Shown: positions 51,596 to 60,631 of the stretch, piece by piece | How positions within the stretch are numbered: position 1 is the stretch's first letter | Layout of the letters: each line of letters starts with the position of its first letter | Translations under genes and position numbers: made by a program | Origin: an uncultured delta proteobacterium | GTDB taxonomy: Bacteria > Desulfobacterota > Binatia > Binatales > Binataceae | Assembly: GCA_963842085.1 (NCBI GenBank) | Contig: CAWJET010000002.1 | Coordinates: 992,001 to 1,056,000, forward strand | DNA: 64,000 nucleotides | Direction: 5' to 3' | The notes under the pieces: generated by a model | Told to the model about the DNA's origin: nothing | Databases searched by the model: none | Seen by the model: only the letters and a program-made list of their open reading frames with translations

Positions 51596-51694
51596 ATAAC
51601 GTTCCTCTCTTTGAATCCGCCGGCGCGGGCGTGATGCCCTTGGGTCGAGGCGGAGAACCGCAACCAGGCACCACAACCCGCAGCCGGCGAAACC

Positions 51695-52162
51695 TTAGGT
51701 AAGCGAGCCGTAGTGCTTCTCGCGCACGACTTCGCCTTTGTCGTTGATGTAACTGATGCCGCTCGGATGAATAACTGCCTTAACCTGGCCAGCCGGCGCC
51801 CGGCCGTAGCCGCCGTGAATTGTCGGCTTGTAGGGGGGGCGTGGGCCCGACGCGGGAATTTCGGCGCAGATTTTCAACATAGCCTGCGCGATCTGGTTGC
51901 CAGCACCTACGCTGACCAACGCGAGCAGCTTTTCCGCGGCGCCATCAAGTAGTTGACGCGCAGCGGGCGCAAAGTGCGGGTTTTCGCTGACGAGCCCGCC
52001 GATCCGTCTCAGACCTTCGCGCAGCGCGCCGAGCGCATCTCGTGCCGCAGCGCGCTCGAGCAGTGTGTCCGCGTATTCCGTGAATAGGTCGAGCGCCGTC
52101 GCCGGAGCGGGTTGTTCGTCGGTTCCGTTGCTTTTCGTCGGTTCATCTCCTGGGGTGTTCAT
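51695..52162 (-). CDS. Hypothetical protein (155 aa)
   Basis: In the satellite operon; RBS GAGAGGG; coupled to the upstream small ORF. Confidence 0.65.
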   Translation of the reverse strand: MNTPGDEPTKSNGTDEQPAPATALDLFTEYADTLLERAAARDALGALREGLRRIGGLVSENPHFAPAARQLLDGAAEKLLALVSVGAGNQIAQAMLKICAEIPASGPRPPYKPTIHGGYGRAPAGQVKAVIHPSGISYINDKGEVVREKHYGSLT

Positions 52163-52338
52163 CGATAATCCCTCTCAATTCTTTTGATCACCGCGCGCAT
52201 TCTGGCGTTCGCTTCACTCTCGCTGAGCTTCGGATCGCGCAGAACTCCTGCGTCCGGCGAGATGGGTGTTTCGTAGCGCCTCAACTTCTCTTTCAGCGCG
52301 GCGTTTTCAGTTCTCAGTGCTTCTATGTCGTCGGCCAT
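52159..52338 (-). CDS. Small coiled-coil protein (59 aa), not in ORF track
   Basis: MADDIEALRTENAALKEKLRRYE...IERDYR*; duplicated RBS AAGGAGACAAGGAGAC; ATGA overlap with the next gene. Confidence 0.7.
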   Translation of the reverse strand: MADDIEALRTENAALKEKLRRYETPISPDAGVLRDPKLSESEANARMRAVIKRIERDYR

Positions 52339-52401
52339 TTTCGTTGTCTCCTTGTCTCCTTGTTTGAATTCAGTTTTTGAGCCTTCCTAGCCATCGCACC
52401 G

Positions 52402-52710
52402 CTAGAACCGCACCTGAGCGCGGCAGGGGCCGGCCTTTTCGATCGTAATGTACTCGCGCGTAACTCCAGTAATTCGATCATCACGGCCGAGTTTTGAAAT
52501 TAGGCCCGACGCGCCCCACAGCCGTGCGCGATCCCAGCCGAAGTTTAACGCGCAACGCTCGACTGCCCCTATTTCAGCGACACTTACGAGGCTTCGCCCA
52601 TACCGGCAAGCCCAGGAAACGATATCCGAGGGTATTTCGAACGATGGGAGGTCTTCAAAAAAGACGCGTGGCATTTTTTTTGCTCCTGTGCGCTGTATCG
52701 CCCTATGCAT
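52402..52710 (-). CDS. Hypothetical protein
   Basis: Abuts the upstream gene within the same operon. Confidence 0.55.
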   Translation of the reverse strand: MHRAIQRTGAKKMPRVFFEDLPSFEIPSDIVSWACRYGRSLVSVAEIGAVERCALNFGWDRARLWGASGLISKLGRDDRITGVTREYITIEKAGPCRAQVRF

Positions 52711-53121
52711 TCAGTTGATCGGGTGAAACTGGATGGAGGTTAGAATAAAGCGGAGGGCCGAGTAACAGACTTTCGAGCCGCAGAGCACTTTATTGCCGCT
52801 GATCCAGTATCGGCTGGCGCCGCATTTGGGGCATGGAGGGAATTGGTGATCCTGTACCGCGAGCCTTGCTACGTCGGCCGCGGGTCGGAAAGTCGCCTCG
52901 ACGATTTTTCCATCAGCGCGCCAGCCGGCGCGGTCACTGTCGGACCGTTCGTCGGCCGGGCTGGCGAGCAGACTTAGCAAAGCGGATTTGTGGGTGCGGA
53001 CTTTCTCGACCAGCGCGACCGTCAACCGGTCTTTGGGGGCAACGTAGATATTACCGTTGGGGCGCCGCTCGATCCGGATGCCCAGCGCGTTTAGTTCATC
53101 GAGCACAGTTTGCGCGGTCAT
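52711..53121 (-). CDS. Primase-associated protein with TubC-N-like domain and Zn ribbon
   Basis: VLDELNALGIRI...HKSALLSLL; CPKCG...C..KVC; ATGA-coupled to the primase. Confidence 0.6.
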   Translation of the reverse strand: MTAQTVLDELNALGIRIERRPNGNIYVAPKDRLTVALVEKVRTHKSALLSLLASPADERSDSDRAGWRADGKIVEATFRPAADVARLAVQDHQFPPCPKCGASRYWISGNKVLCGSKVCYSALRFILTSIQFHPIN

Positions 53122-55622
53122 ACTTCAACTCCTTCGGCAGTTTCCGGTCGCGCTGCCGCGCCGTCGACTTTGACGATGCGCCACGTGCCGGTCTTATGGG
53201 ATTCGAAATCGCCCCGCATCAGGCGCAAGTTGCCGACGATTCGATCGGCGTGGTTTCTGCACCATCCGGCGAGCCGGCGGTTGTCGATTTTCTGCGGGTT
53301 GTTCCGCGCCGCCGCTACATCGAGCAGCGACTGTCGCAAGTTTGATTCGGCAGTTCCTTCCGTTGCCGACTCCGCGCAACCGACCACCTCGCGCAACAAC
53401 AGCATCCGATCAGCAAATAGATCGGCCCAAGCGCGCAAGACGGCTGTCGTCGATTGGCGGTCAGGGTCGAGAAGGGAAATTCTCTCCCGGGTCGCAACAG
53501 GATCAGCGCCGCTCGCCCACACAAGCGCGCTACGAACCCAATCAGACCATTCCTCGAAGCGGCCGTAGGGGCGGAGCCCCTGATCGGGCATCCCGGCGCG
53601 GGAATATGCTTTCAGGATCGTGAGCGCGGCCTGTACGAGGCGGGGCCGTTCTCGCCGAACGTGGGCGCGCAGATCGGCAATGACGAAGTTTCGCTCTTCG
53701 GGCTTTTCGCATCGCGGATCGATCCTGCAAACGATCGCACGGCTGGCCAGGTCGCCGGCAAATACGAGATTGTTGGCCGTGCACAACCACAAAAGATTTG
53801 TCGGAAGTTGTGGGCGTTCGTTTTTTCCCAGTAGGCGATCAGCGAACACAGGTTGCGTCACGATCATTGCGAGCGCGTCACTTCGCATCGCGCGGGTGAT
53901 GTTGTCGATGTTCGCAACCAGGTCGCCCGCCAATAAGATCGAAGTAAGGCGTTTTCGAAGCTCCTCGCTATTGCCCCCAAGCGGCATCGACGCGACAACA
54001 CGGCCCGTTAATATGATCGCGATACAGTCGGCGAGTAGGCTTTTACCGCTTCCCGGCGTGGGTGCGTCCAATCCGATGATCGGTGCGGCCGCCAGCTGCC
54101 GACGCACTAAGCCAGTGAGTATGCCGGACACAATCACGCTGCGATCCGCTGCGCTGACAAATGGAAATTCGGCGATCGGTGCGGTCAGTAGCGCGAGCGC
54201 GCTCTCTGCATCGGCGTGAGTAGCTTGTTCAGGGACGGGAAGCCAGTTCTCGCGCGAATATAGAAACAACCCGCTGGCAAGATCATAGCCCGGCGATTCG
54301 ATCATCCTACCGTCCGGCATGATCGTGGGCGCCTCGATCACTCCGGTAAGAACTGGCAACTTCCAATGTCCCGCCCGGGCAAGATAGCTTGCGGCAACTT
54401 TTGGCGGGCAATCTTCGGAAACAAAATCTCCCCTGCGGTTGCGCCTGTGCCAATTGATCGCGCGCGAGAAGGTGTCTTCAAGCGCGATCGAATCCATTGG
54501 CTTCAGCATTACGGCGCCATTCGGTCGCCGGATTGATTTGCGATCATCCGACGGATCGATTTCGACGACACGCACGACGATCCCGCTCCGTTGGAACAGT
54601 CCCCATCGCCGATGATCGAGAATTATTTTTTCGGCGAGATCGATCATCCAAGGGCGGCGGCCAGCCACAATTTCGATCCTCGGCCGGCCGTCGTTTTTGT
54701 AGGTTTTGTAAGCACGGATGACGATCTTTTTCGCTGCATCGCTTGGAAAGCTCGGAACGCACTTCCCGGCGGCTTCCAGGCACGCTTGAATCGCAACCTT
54801 CCGAGCGGTGTTCGTGGCTCGGAATGAGCAAGCCGCGCGAAAAATCTGATCGTTGCGCGCGCCCTCGGGGACGCCGCTTAAGGCGCGGAGAAGATCGAAC
54901 CCTGTTGGCTTGTCGTTCCCCTCGCCGCCGGTCGTGTGCGGTCGGTCTTCGTTGGTCTTGTCGCGCAGCCGTTCGACCAGCGGCGCCGGGAGCTCTGCAA
55001 TCGGCGTCTCGGTGATCTGGTGGCCGACTTCCCAGACATATTCTCCGCCGGTGAAATGTCGGCTGGGAGGCGCGATCACGTACCCGCCAGCCGATTTCAC
55101 GTCGACGCCGGGGCCGAGCGCGTTGCTGCGCGACGGCACGCGGACACCGGCTGGCAGACGATAATAAACATGAGGGCCGCCGGAGCCGCTGAGTGCCTGC
55201 GCGGTATCATCATTGATGTTCAGTTCTGTCTTGAGCTCCGCCCACGTTGAATCACCGGCGGCGCGCAGGTCAACGTCAATCACCACCACCCCCGACGGCT
55301 CACAGGCGATCGCGATATTCCATTCAGGATGGGACTTCCACCAGCGTGTTATTGAAGCCCGATCGATGGTTGCATCCTTCAGGCCGTGTAGGGTGGCGGG
55401 GTGCTTACCGGGATGCTCGCAGGCCGAATCGCTGCATGTGCAGATGGGCGCACGTTTACCATCTCGCTCGACGTAGAGGATTCCGTGACCGGGGAAAACA
55501 TAGAAGCCGTGCGCCGCGTACCATAGAGCGCAAGTTAGGTGCCTATCGTGCTTTCCCCGCTCCTTCTCCGAGCTACGCCGCTCGCCACGAGGGGGGTGCG
55601 CGGCGGACTCAGTTCCGTTCAT
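53118..55622 (-). CDS. Bifunctional primase-polymerase with PriCT and P-loop helicase domains
   Basis: GKHP, NIAI..VVVIDVD, GGPHVYY, GGYVIAPPSRH; EGARNDQIF (PriCT-1); PGSGKS Walker A. Confidence 0.88.
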   Translation of the reverse strand: MNGTESAAHPPRGERRSSEKERGKHDRHLTCALWYAAHGFYVFPGHGILYVERDGKRAPICTCSDSACEHPGKHPATLHGLKDATIDRASITRWWKSHPEWNIAIACEPSGVVVIDVDLRAAGDSTWAELKTELNINDDTAQALSGSGGPHVYYRLPAGVRVPSRSNALGPGVDVKSAGGYVIAPPSRHFTGGEYVWEVGHQITETPIAELPAPLVERLRDKTNEDRPHTTGGEGNDKPTGFDLLRALSGVPEGARNDQIFRAACSFRATNTARKVAIQACLEAAGKCVPSFPSDAAKKIVIRAYKTYKNDGRPRIEIVAGRRPWMIDLAEKIILDHRRWGLFQRSGIVVRVVEIDPSDDRKSIRRPNGAVMLKPMDSIALEDTFSRAINWHRRNRRGDFVSEDCPPKVAASYLARAGHWKLPVLTGVIEAPTIMPDGRMIESPGYDLASGLFLYSRENWLPVPEQATHADAESALALLTAPIAEFPFVSAADRSVIVSGILTGLVRRQLAAAPIIGLDAPTPGSGKSLLADCIAIILTGRVVASMPLGGNSEELRKRLTSILLAGDLVANIDNITRAMRSDALAMIVTQPVFADRLLGKNERPQLPTNLLWLCTANNLVFAGDLASRAIVCRIDPRCEKPEERNFVIADLRAHVRRERPRLVQAALTILKAYSRAGMPDQGLRPYGRFEEWSDWVRSALVWASGADPVATRERISLLDPDRQSTTAVLRAWADLFADRMLLLREVVGCAESATEGTAESNLRQSLLDVAAARNNPQKIDNRRLAGWCRNHADRIVGNLRLMRGDFESHKTGTWRIVKVDGAAARPETAEGVEV

Positions 55623-55819
55623 CGCTCGCCGCCGCCCGCCAGATATTTTTCAAGCTCCGACGCCGAAATGAGAACGCGCCGGCCAGCGCGGATGATCGGA
55701 AGATGCCCGCGGTTGATCTCGAGTCTGACGAAGCCTTCAGAAACGCCGAGCGAATCCGCGATCTCGGCGACGCCGAACGCGCGCCGCGGCAGTCCCCCAT
55801 TCAAGTTTTTCTTCACCAT
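55619..55819 (-). CDS. Excisionase-like HTH protein
   Basis: FGVAEIADSLGVS...GRRVLISASELEKYL; coupled to the primase. Confidence 0.8.
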   Translation of the reverse strand: MVKKNLNGGLPRRAFGVAEIADSLGVSEGFVRLEINRGHLPIIRAGRRVLISASELEKYLAGGGER

Positions 55820-55872
55820 ATGTGACTAGTTTACTCGCAGTTGTGTCTGGTGCAACGTCGTGATAGGAATAA

Positions 55873-56760
55873 GTGTTGAAACGAAATGCAGCGATGTTTG
55901 AGGAGAAAGCGTTGCGCAAAAAACGACAGTCTAAAGCAAGAGCGTCCGGCCGCGGCCGTCCCGTTGAAGGCTTGATCACGTCCCTAGACCAGGGGACGCG
56001 CGAGGCCGACGCCGCTTATCGCCGTGTCGGGGGCACGCCGGCGGCACGCCTCACATGGCTCCTGGCTTTCGGGCCGTTGCGTAAGCGCAGCCATGCGAAG
56101 GAGAGCGAGCGGCGGCGGCGGGCGACCTCGCTTGAGCTCTATGCGTTCTGCATCGGTCAGCGCGGCAGCATGAGGCGCAGCCGCGCCACGACTCTAGCCG
56201 GCGGAGAATTCGAGGAACTCGCCTCGAAGATTACCCAGGCGCTGAGGGACTTGGCCGCTGGCCGCCCTTGGGAGCTCAAAGCGGCGGACACTCCCGACTT
56301 GACGCGCCGGCTGTTGCTTCGCGGCGACATTTCCCGCATCGGCTTAACGCTCCCGGTGTTGCTTCGCGCCGGGATTTCCCGCGAGGATGCGACCGGGCTA
56401 AGTCGGGGCGCAACTTCGATCTACGACGGCCCCCTGCCGCAAATGTTCCTATGGTCGGTTGCTGATTTCATCGCGGTTGACGGTTCCCTGCTGGCAACTT
56501 GCGCGTACAAGAAATGCGGCAAGCTCATGGTGCACATAGGTGATCGGCGCCCGCGCGAATACTGCTCAAAGCGGTGTTCGCTGCTTGAACGCACACGACG
56601 CTACCGATCGACACATTCAAAAGAACAGCTATCCGCAGTTCGTCATGAACTATATCGCCGTGCAGTTGAGAGAGAGCATGGCCGCACCGTCGCCAAGCGC
56701 GTGAGGCGCCGCTTGCACGAACAAAATAGCAGTCCGGTCATTTTTGAATTGGAGGAATGA
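55873..56760 (+). CDS. Putative regulator with CGNR-like zinc finger
   Basis: CAYKKCGK...REYCSKRC followed by a basic helix; divergent from xis and coupled to the integrase. Confidence 0.6.
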   Translation: MLKRNAAMFEEKALRKKRQSKARASGRGRPVEGLITSLDQGTREADAAYRRVGGTPAARLTWLLAFGPLRKRSHAKESERRRRATSLELYAFCIGQRGSMRRSRATTLAGGEFEELASKITQALRDLAAGRPWELKAADTPDLTRRLLLRGDISRIGLTLPVLLRAGISREDATGLSRGATSIYDGPLPQMFLWSVADFIAVDGSLLATCAYKKCGKLMVHIGDRRPREYCSKRCSLLERTRRYRSTHSKEQLSAVRHELYRRAVEREHGRTVAKRVRRRLHEQNSSPVIFELEE

Positions 56761-57812
56761 TCATGAGCCGAGTTTTTCAACGTAGCGGGTCTGGGTCGTG
56801 GTGGATTGATTTCTCCGACGCGCAGGGAATCCGCCATCGGCGCAAGATCGGGCCTTCAAAGCGTGTCGCCAAGGAAGTGCTCGACGGTATTTTGGGAAGC
56901 GTCGCCCGCTGTCAGCACCTCGGGATCGTCGCGGAATCAGCCGTCTCGTTTAATGACTTCGCCGAACTCTGGAAACAACGCGTCACCCCGACACTCCGCC
57001 CTCACACACAAACACGATGGTTCGGCATCATTGAAAATCACCTAAAGCCGCTCTTCGTGGGCGCCCTGCGCTCGATTACCAGTAGCGCAGTGGAAGGCTA
57101 CGCGGCTCGCCGTCTGGAAGCCGGGGCCAACCCGCAAACTGTGAATCGCGAGCTCAGCGTGCTGCGACACATGATCAAACGAGCGGTTCGATGGGAGTAC
57201 TTGACCCGTGATCCGGTCGGTACGTGGCCGTTTTCGAAAGAGACTAGCTTCGGCCGCGCGCGCTTCCTCACGGAAGAGGAAATCCCGCGCCTACTCGCCG
57301 CTTGCGAAGATTCGCGCTCGCCCTACCTCAAGGCGTTTGTAATCGTCGCGCTCAATAGCGGGATGCGCAGGGGCGAAATTTTGAGCCTCACCCGAAAATC
57401 GATCGACTGGCAAAATTCGAGCGCAACGCTCGAATTGACCAAAAACGGCGACACCCGGCACGTCCCGTTGAATAGCGCCGCCGTCGACGCGCTACGCTCG
57501 CTGCCAGCCCGCCTCGATGGCGGCCGCCTGTTCCCATTCAAGGATGACCATAGTGTGAGTCGTGCCTTCCGCCGTGCCGTAGAACGCGCAAACATCGAGG
57601 ACTTCCGCCTTCACGATCTCCGGCATACCTTCGCGAGCTACCATGCGATGGCCGGCGTTCAGGGCCGTGGCTTGCAATCGCTGCTCGGACACCGCGACGC
57701 CCGCATGACGATGCGCTACTCGCACCTGTCCGACGGCTACCTGCGCGCGGCCGTCGATAGCGTCGTGCTCGGAGCCGCCGCACCCGCCGAGCGGCCCGCC
57801 AAAGCGAAGTAA
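56757..57812 (+). CDS. int: Tyrosine recombinase (integrase)
   Basis: GMRRGE, TKNG, HDLRH, LLGH, MRYSH catalytic residues. Confidence 0.95.
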   Translation: MIMSRVFQRSGSGSWWIDFSDAQGIRHRRKIGPSKRVAKEVLDGILGSVARCQHLGIVAESAVSFNDFAELWKQRVTPTLRPHTQTRWFGIIENHLKPLFVGALRSITSSAVEGYAARRLEAGANPQTVNRELSVLRHMIKRAVRWEYLTRDPVGTWPFSKETSFGRARFLTEEEIPRLLAACEDSRSPYLKAFVIVALNSGMRRGEILSLTRKSIDWQNSSATLELTKNGDTRHVPLNSAAVDALRSLPARLDGGRLFPFKDDHSVSRAFRRAVERANIEDFRLHDLRHTFASYHAMAGVQGRGLQSLLGHRDARMTMRYSHLSDGYLRAAVDSVVLGAAAPAERPAKAK

Positions 57813-57850
57813 CACCGCGCCGCCAGCTCGGTCGCCCAAGACCATAAAAG

Positions 57851-57981
57851 ACGGATCAGACGGATCAGACGGATCAGTTTCCCGCTCTAAACATTTTCAG
57901 TTTTCTGGGATCACTACACACACCTTCTACTCACCTCGAATTTTTACAAACATGATCCTTCCCGTGATCCGTGTGATCCCC
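57851..57981. repeat. Putative replication origin: convergent iteron arrays around an AT-richer spacer
   Basis: ACGGATCAG x3 (57851-57877); oppositely oriented TGATCC x3 (57953-57981). Confidence 0.65.
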
Positions 57982-58015
57982 CGCCCATGGGTGTTCAGTT
58001 CTTATTACATTTTGT

Positions 58016-58047
58016 TGGTGCCAAACTGGTGCCAACTTTGGTGCCAA
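58016..58047 (+). promoter_or_regulatory. Putative integrase arm-type sites (right)
   Basis: TGGTGCCAA x3 at 58016, 58027, 58039. Confidence 0.65.
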
Positions 58048-58179
58048 AATAGCGCCACAATAGGGTCGCACTCAGTGATACTCGATAGCATTAGACGCGT
58101 GAGAAAACCCTTGCGGCCGTGTGGGATTCTGGCGATTAACCGCGGCATTGCTGAGTGATCCAAACCCCTACTTTTCGTT

Positions 58180-58229
58180 CTTACAAGCCGGGGGTCGCAG
58201 GTTCGAAACCTGCACCGCCCACCAATAAA
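58180..58229 (+). repeat. attR: duplicated 3' portion of tRNA-Val
   Basis: Identical to 49679-49728, starting at the anticodon loop. Confidence 0.95.
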
Positions 58230-58318
58230 TTCAACCAGTTAGGCAGCAGGTCTGATCGCCGCGATTCAGACAGCCGTCGACGGGTTCATTTCATTGCCGC
58301 CAACCTCGCACGCTGAAT

Positions 58319-58558
58319 TTGCGGAACGTTCCGGCAAGTTGGCTGCCATTCCCCTGCCCGCGCGCGAATCGGCGATCGTCGGATAATCTTGCGGCCGGGC
58401 TCCGCAATTCGGAAGTCGCCAGGCAACTTTCAATCGCCGAGGGAACTGTGAAAGCCAGCTCAATCGAGTCTTTTCGCAAGCTTGGTGTGCGCGATCGAGT
58501 GGAACCGGTGAACTACGCGTTTCGCAACGGATTGGACAAGGTGAATCCGCCACATTGA
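58319..58558 (+). pseudogene. Degenerate LuxR-type HTH fragment
   Basis: AAGLRNSEVARQLSIAEGTVK...FRKLGVRDRVE; no receiver domain, conserved His lost. Confidence 0.6.
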
Positions 58559-58629
58559 ACGCGCACTGCATCTTGCTCTGTCGTGCTGATCTGGTCGGAT
58601 AATTCGGCGCGTTTCCCGGAATATAATAG

Positions 58630-59061
58630 TCAGACTGTACGTATCCTGAGGACGGGGCATGGTGCGTGCCGCAGGAGTTTTTCAGCAGTGCCACCGATCA
58701 AAAGATCAACCAAGTGAGTTTGTCCGCGCATAGACATCACTATGAGGTCAACCTTGAGCTTGTTCACCAGCTCCCCGATTACTTCGTGAACGACGCCAAA
58801 GTGGAGTTCGGAGCGTGATTTTGGGTAGAGCTGGGTTGCTTCCTTTTCGAAAACCTCAAGCTCGACCAGTGCCGTCTCACCGTAACGCTCGAGCAATTTT
58901 GTGGGCTCATACCAACGCGCGACTCCGTAAGGTAACGGCTCAACTACGTGAACGAGCACCACTTCGGATTCGTGCTCGCGCGCTAATTCTATCGCGTATT
59001 TTAATGCCGTGAGCGAATGTTCGGAAAAGTCCGTAGGCACCAAAATCCGTTCTATTTTCAT
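58630..59061 (-). CDS. Universal stress protein
   Basis: ILVPTDFS, DLIVM, GGTAEKLLRHAPCPVL. Confidence 0.93.
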   Translation of the reverse strand: MKIERILVPTDFSEHSLTALKYAIELAREHESEVVLVHVVEPLPYGVARWYEPTKLLERYGETALVELEVFEKEATQLYPKSRSELHFGVVHEVIGELVNKLKVDLIVMSMRGQTHLVDLLIGGTAEKLLRHAPCPVLRIRTV

Positions 59062-59092
59062 TATTCTTCCTCCGACGAAGAAAAATGAAGAT

Positions 59093-60121
59093 CTAATGGA
59101 ACAAAGCCATCACGTGCAAAACCGCGAAACAGAGAATCAGCAACAGGGCCCCGGTGACAACGCCAATATTCGCCCACTCGCGGCTCGTGATTCCGAGTCG
59201 GCTCGCGGCGACGATATTGGGAATGTTGCCGGTGACAAGCGCCCCTCCGCTGATTAGCAAAGCGAGAAACGCTGCGCGCTGCTGATTCATACTCAAGGAG
59301 GGTGATATCTCTACAGCCGCCAGAGTCGAATTGTTGACAACCGCGGAAATGGTGTTCATCCAAAACAGCAATCCATCTGGAATGCGATGGATGTACGCAT
59401 TGACCACGGGCCTGAGCCCATCCGAAAGTGCCACAAGTCCGGCAATAAAGACGTACACCTTGCCGGGACGAGTCAACAGGACAACCCTCCACGAATCCTT
59501 CTCTTGAGCTGTATCCAGCGGCTCACCGGAAGCGAACGGCAAAAACAAGATAGGAACCGCGGTGAGAATGACGCCGACAAAAACGAACGGCCCGAGAAGA
59601 TGGGTAAGGTACCAGAAGTCGGCGCCTAGAGACCGGAGAACGACGGCAATCCCAGGCATGCCCAAAGGCGTGAGGCCCGCACCAATGCCGATTGCGAAGC
59701 ACGCGAACACCGTCGCTGCGATTTCGTCCGATCGGCCGCAGCGCAGCAGCGCGATTGCTTCCACGAACACCAGCGCAGATACGACCGGAGTTATGAACGG
59801 TGCAAGCGCGCCGAGTATGATGGCCAAGCCGAAACAGAGAATGCGGGGGGCGACCAGTCCGATTGCGCGACGAATCAGTTGATCGAGATAGTCTCTCAGG
59901 AAGCGAAATGTGGCGCCAAAAACCAGAACGGCAAGCGTGAATGACAGGGGTTCACTCAAGGTTGCCCGGACGAGCGCCGCGTCGAATTGTCCCATGGTAC
60001 AGGCGGTCAGCACTCCGATCAGTAGGAAAAACACCTCGGTGTTCCGTTCAATCGGCTGTACAAGGATTGGGCCTAGAAGGACTGCCAGGATCGTCAGCGA
60101 TGTCAGGATCACCGTCATCAT
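59093..60121 (-). CDS. DUF1646-like membrane protein (putative ion transporter)
   Basis: LLGP..IERN.E.F, GAGLTPLG.P, KVYVFIAGL, N.ISAV.NN.TL, GNIPNI. Confidence 0.75.
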   Translation of the reverse strand: MMTVILTSLTILAVLLGPILVQPIERNTEVFFLLIGVLTACTMGQFDAALVRATLSEPLSFTLAVLVFGATFRFLRDYLDQLIRRAIGLVAPRILCFGLAIILGALAPFITPVVSALVFVEAIALLRCGRSDEIAATVFACFAIGIGAGLTPLGMPGIAVVLRSLGADFWYLTHLLGPFVFVGVILTAVPILFLPFASGEPLDTAQEKDSWRVVLLTRPGKVYVFIAGLVALSDGLRPVVNAYIHRIPDGLLFWMNTISAVVNNSTLAAVEISPSLSMNQQRAAFLALLISGGALVTGNIPNIVAASRLGITSREWANIGVVTGALLLILCFAVLHVMALFH

Positions 60122-60184
60122 CTCTCCGCAACTAATGCAGCAACGCGGCGTTCGTGCAACCAGTGTTTGGTTTGCGCGCACGAA

Positions 60185-60631
60185 TCAGGTGGAGGGCCGA
60201 CGGAGAAGCGGGCGGGCGCGATATGCCACGTAGAGCGCAATCATCAGCACGACCGGACTCTCGCCCATCGCGACCTTCACGTGAAGGCGCTGCGCCTCGA
60301 CGCCCAGGTTCGAGGTGATGAAGATCACGTGGCCGGCGACGACTTGCGCCATGTAGAGCAGCGCGAGGATGGTTCCCCAGCGCCGGCGCATCGAGATTCC
60401 GATACCGAAGGCGGCGATCACGGCCGCTTGCAGAGCCATCGTGACGCGCGCTTGGTCGCCGTGGAACTTCACGCCGAAAATTACGTCTTCGATTGGCGCT
60501 CCAGCGGACAGGTTGAAGCTTGCGCGCGTTATCAAGACTGCCGACCAGAGGATGCAAAGGCCGGCGAAGATTCGAAAATCGCGCGGCCAGCGATCAGTCG
60601 ATCCGGACTGTGCCATCAGCGGGTCAGCCAT
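60185..60631 (-). CDS. Small membrane protein
   Basis: Four hydrophobic segments; downstream in the operon. Confidence 0.6.
   Translation of the reverse strand: MADPLMAQSGSTDRWPRDFRIFAGLCILWSAVLITRASFNLSAGAPIEDVIFGVKFHGDQARVTMALQAAVIAAFGIGISMRRRWGTILALLYMAQVVAGHVIFITSNLGVEAQRLHVKVAMGESPVVLMIALYVAYRARPLLRRPST

Larger units (their letters stand above)
49679..58229. mobile_element. Integrated phage-satellite-like (PICI-like) element in tRNA-Val; 8501-bp excisable unit
   Basis: Perfect 50-bp direct repeat 49679-49728 / 58180-58229; carries integrase, xis-like HTH, Prim-Pol/helicase and a TerS-like gene; no capsid or tail genes recognised. Confidence 0.9.

Noticed and set aside
57851-58047. CRISPR-like short repeats
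   Set aside because: 9-bp units with no unique 30-40 bp spacers and no cas genes; better explained as iterons and arm sites
58180-58224. Second tRNA-Val gene
   Set aside because: Only the 3' half is present; it is the attR duplication
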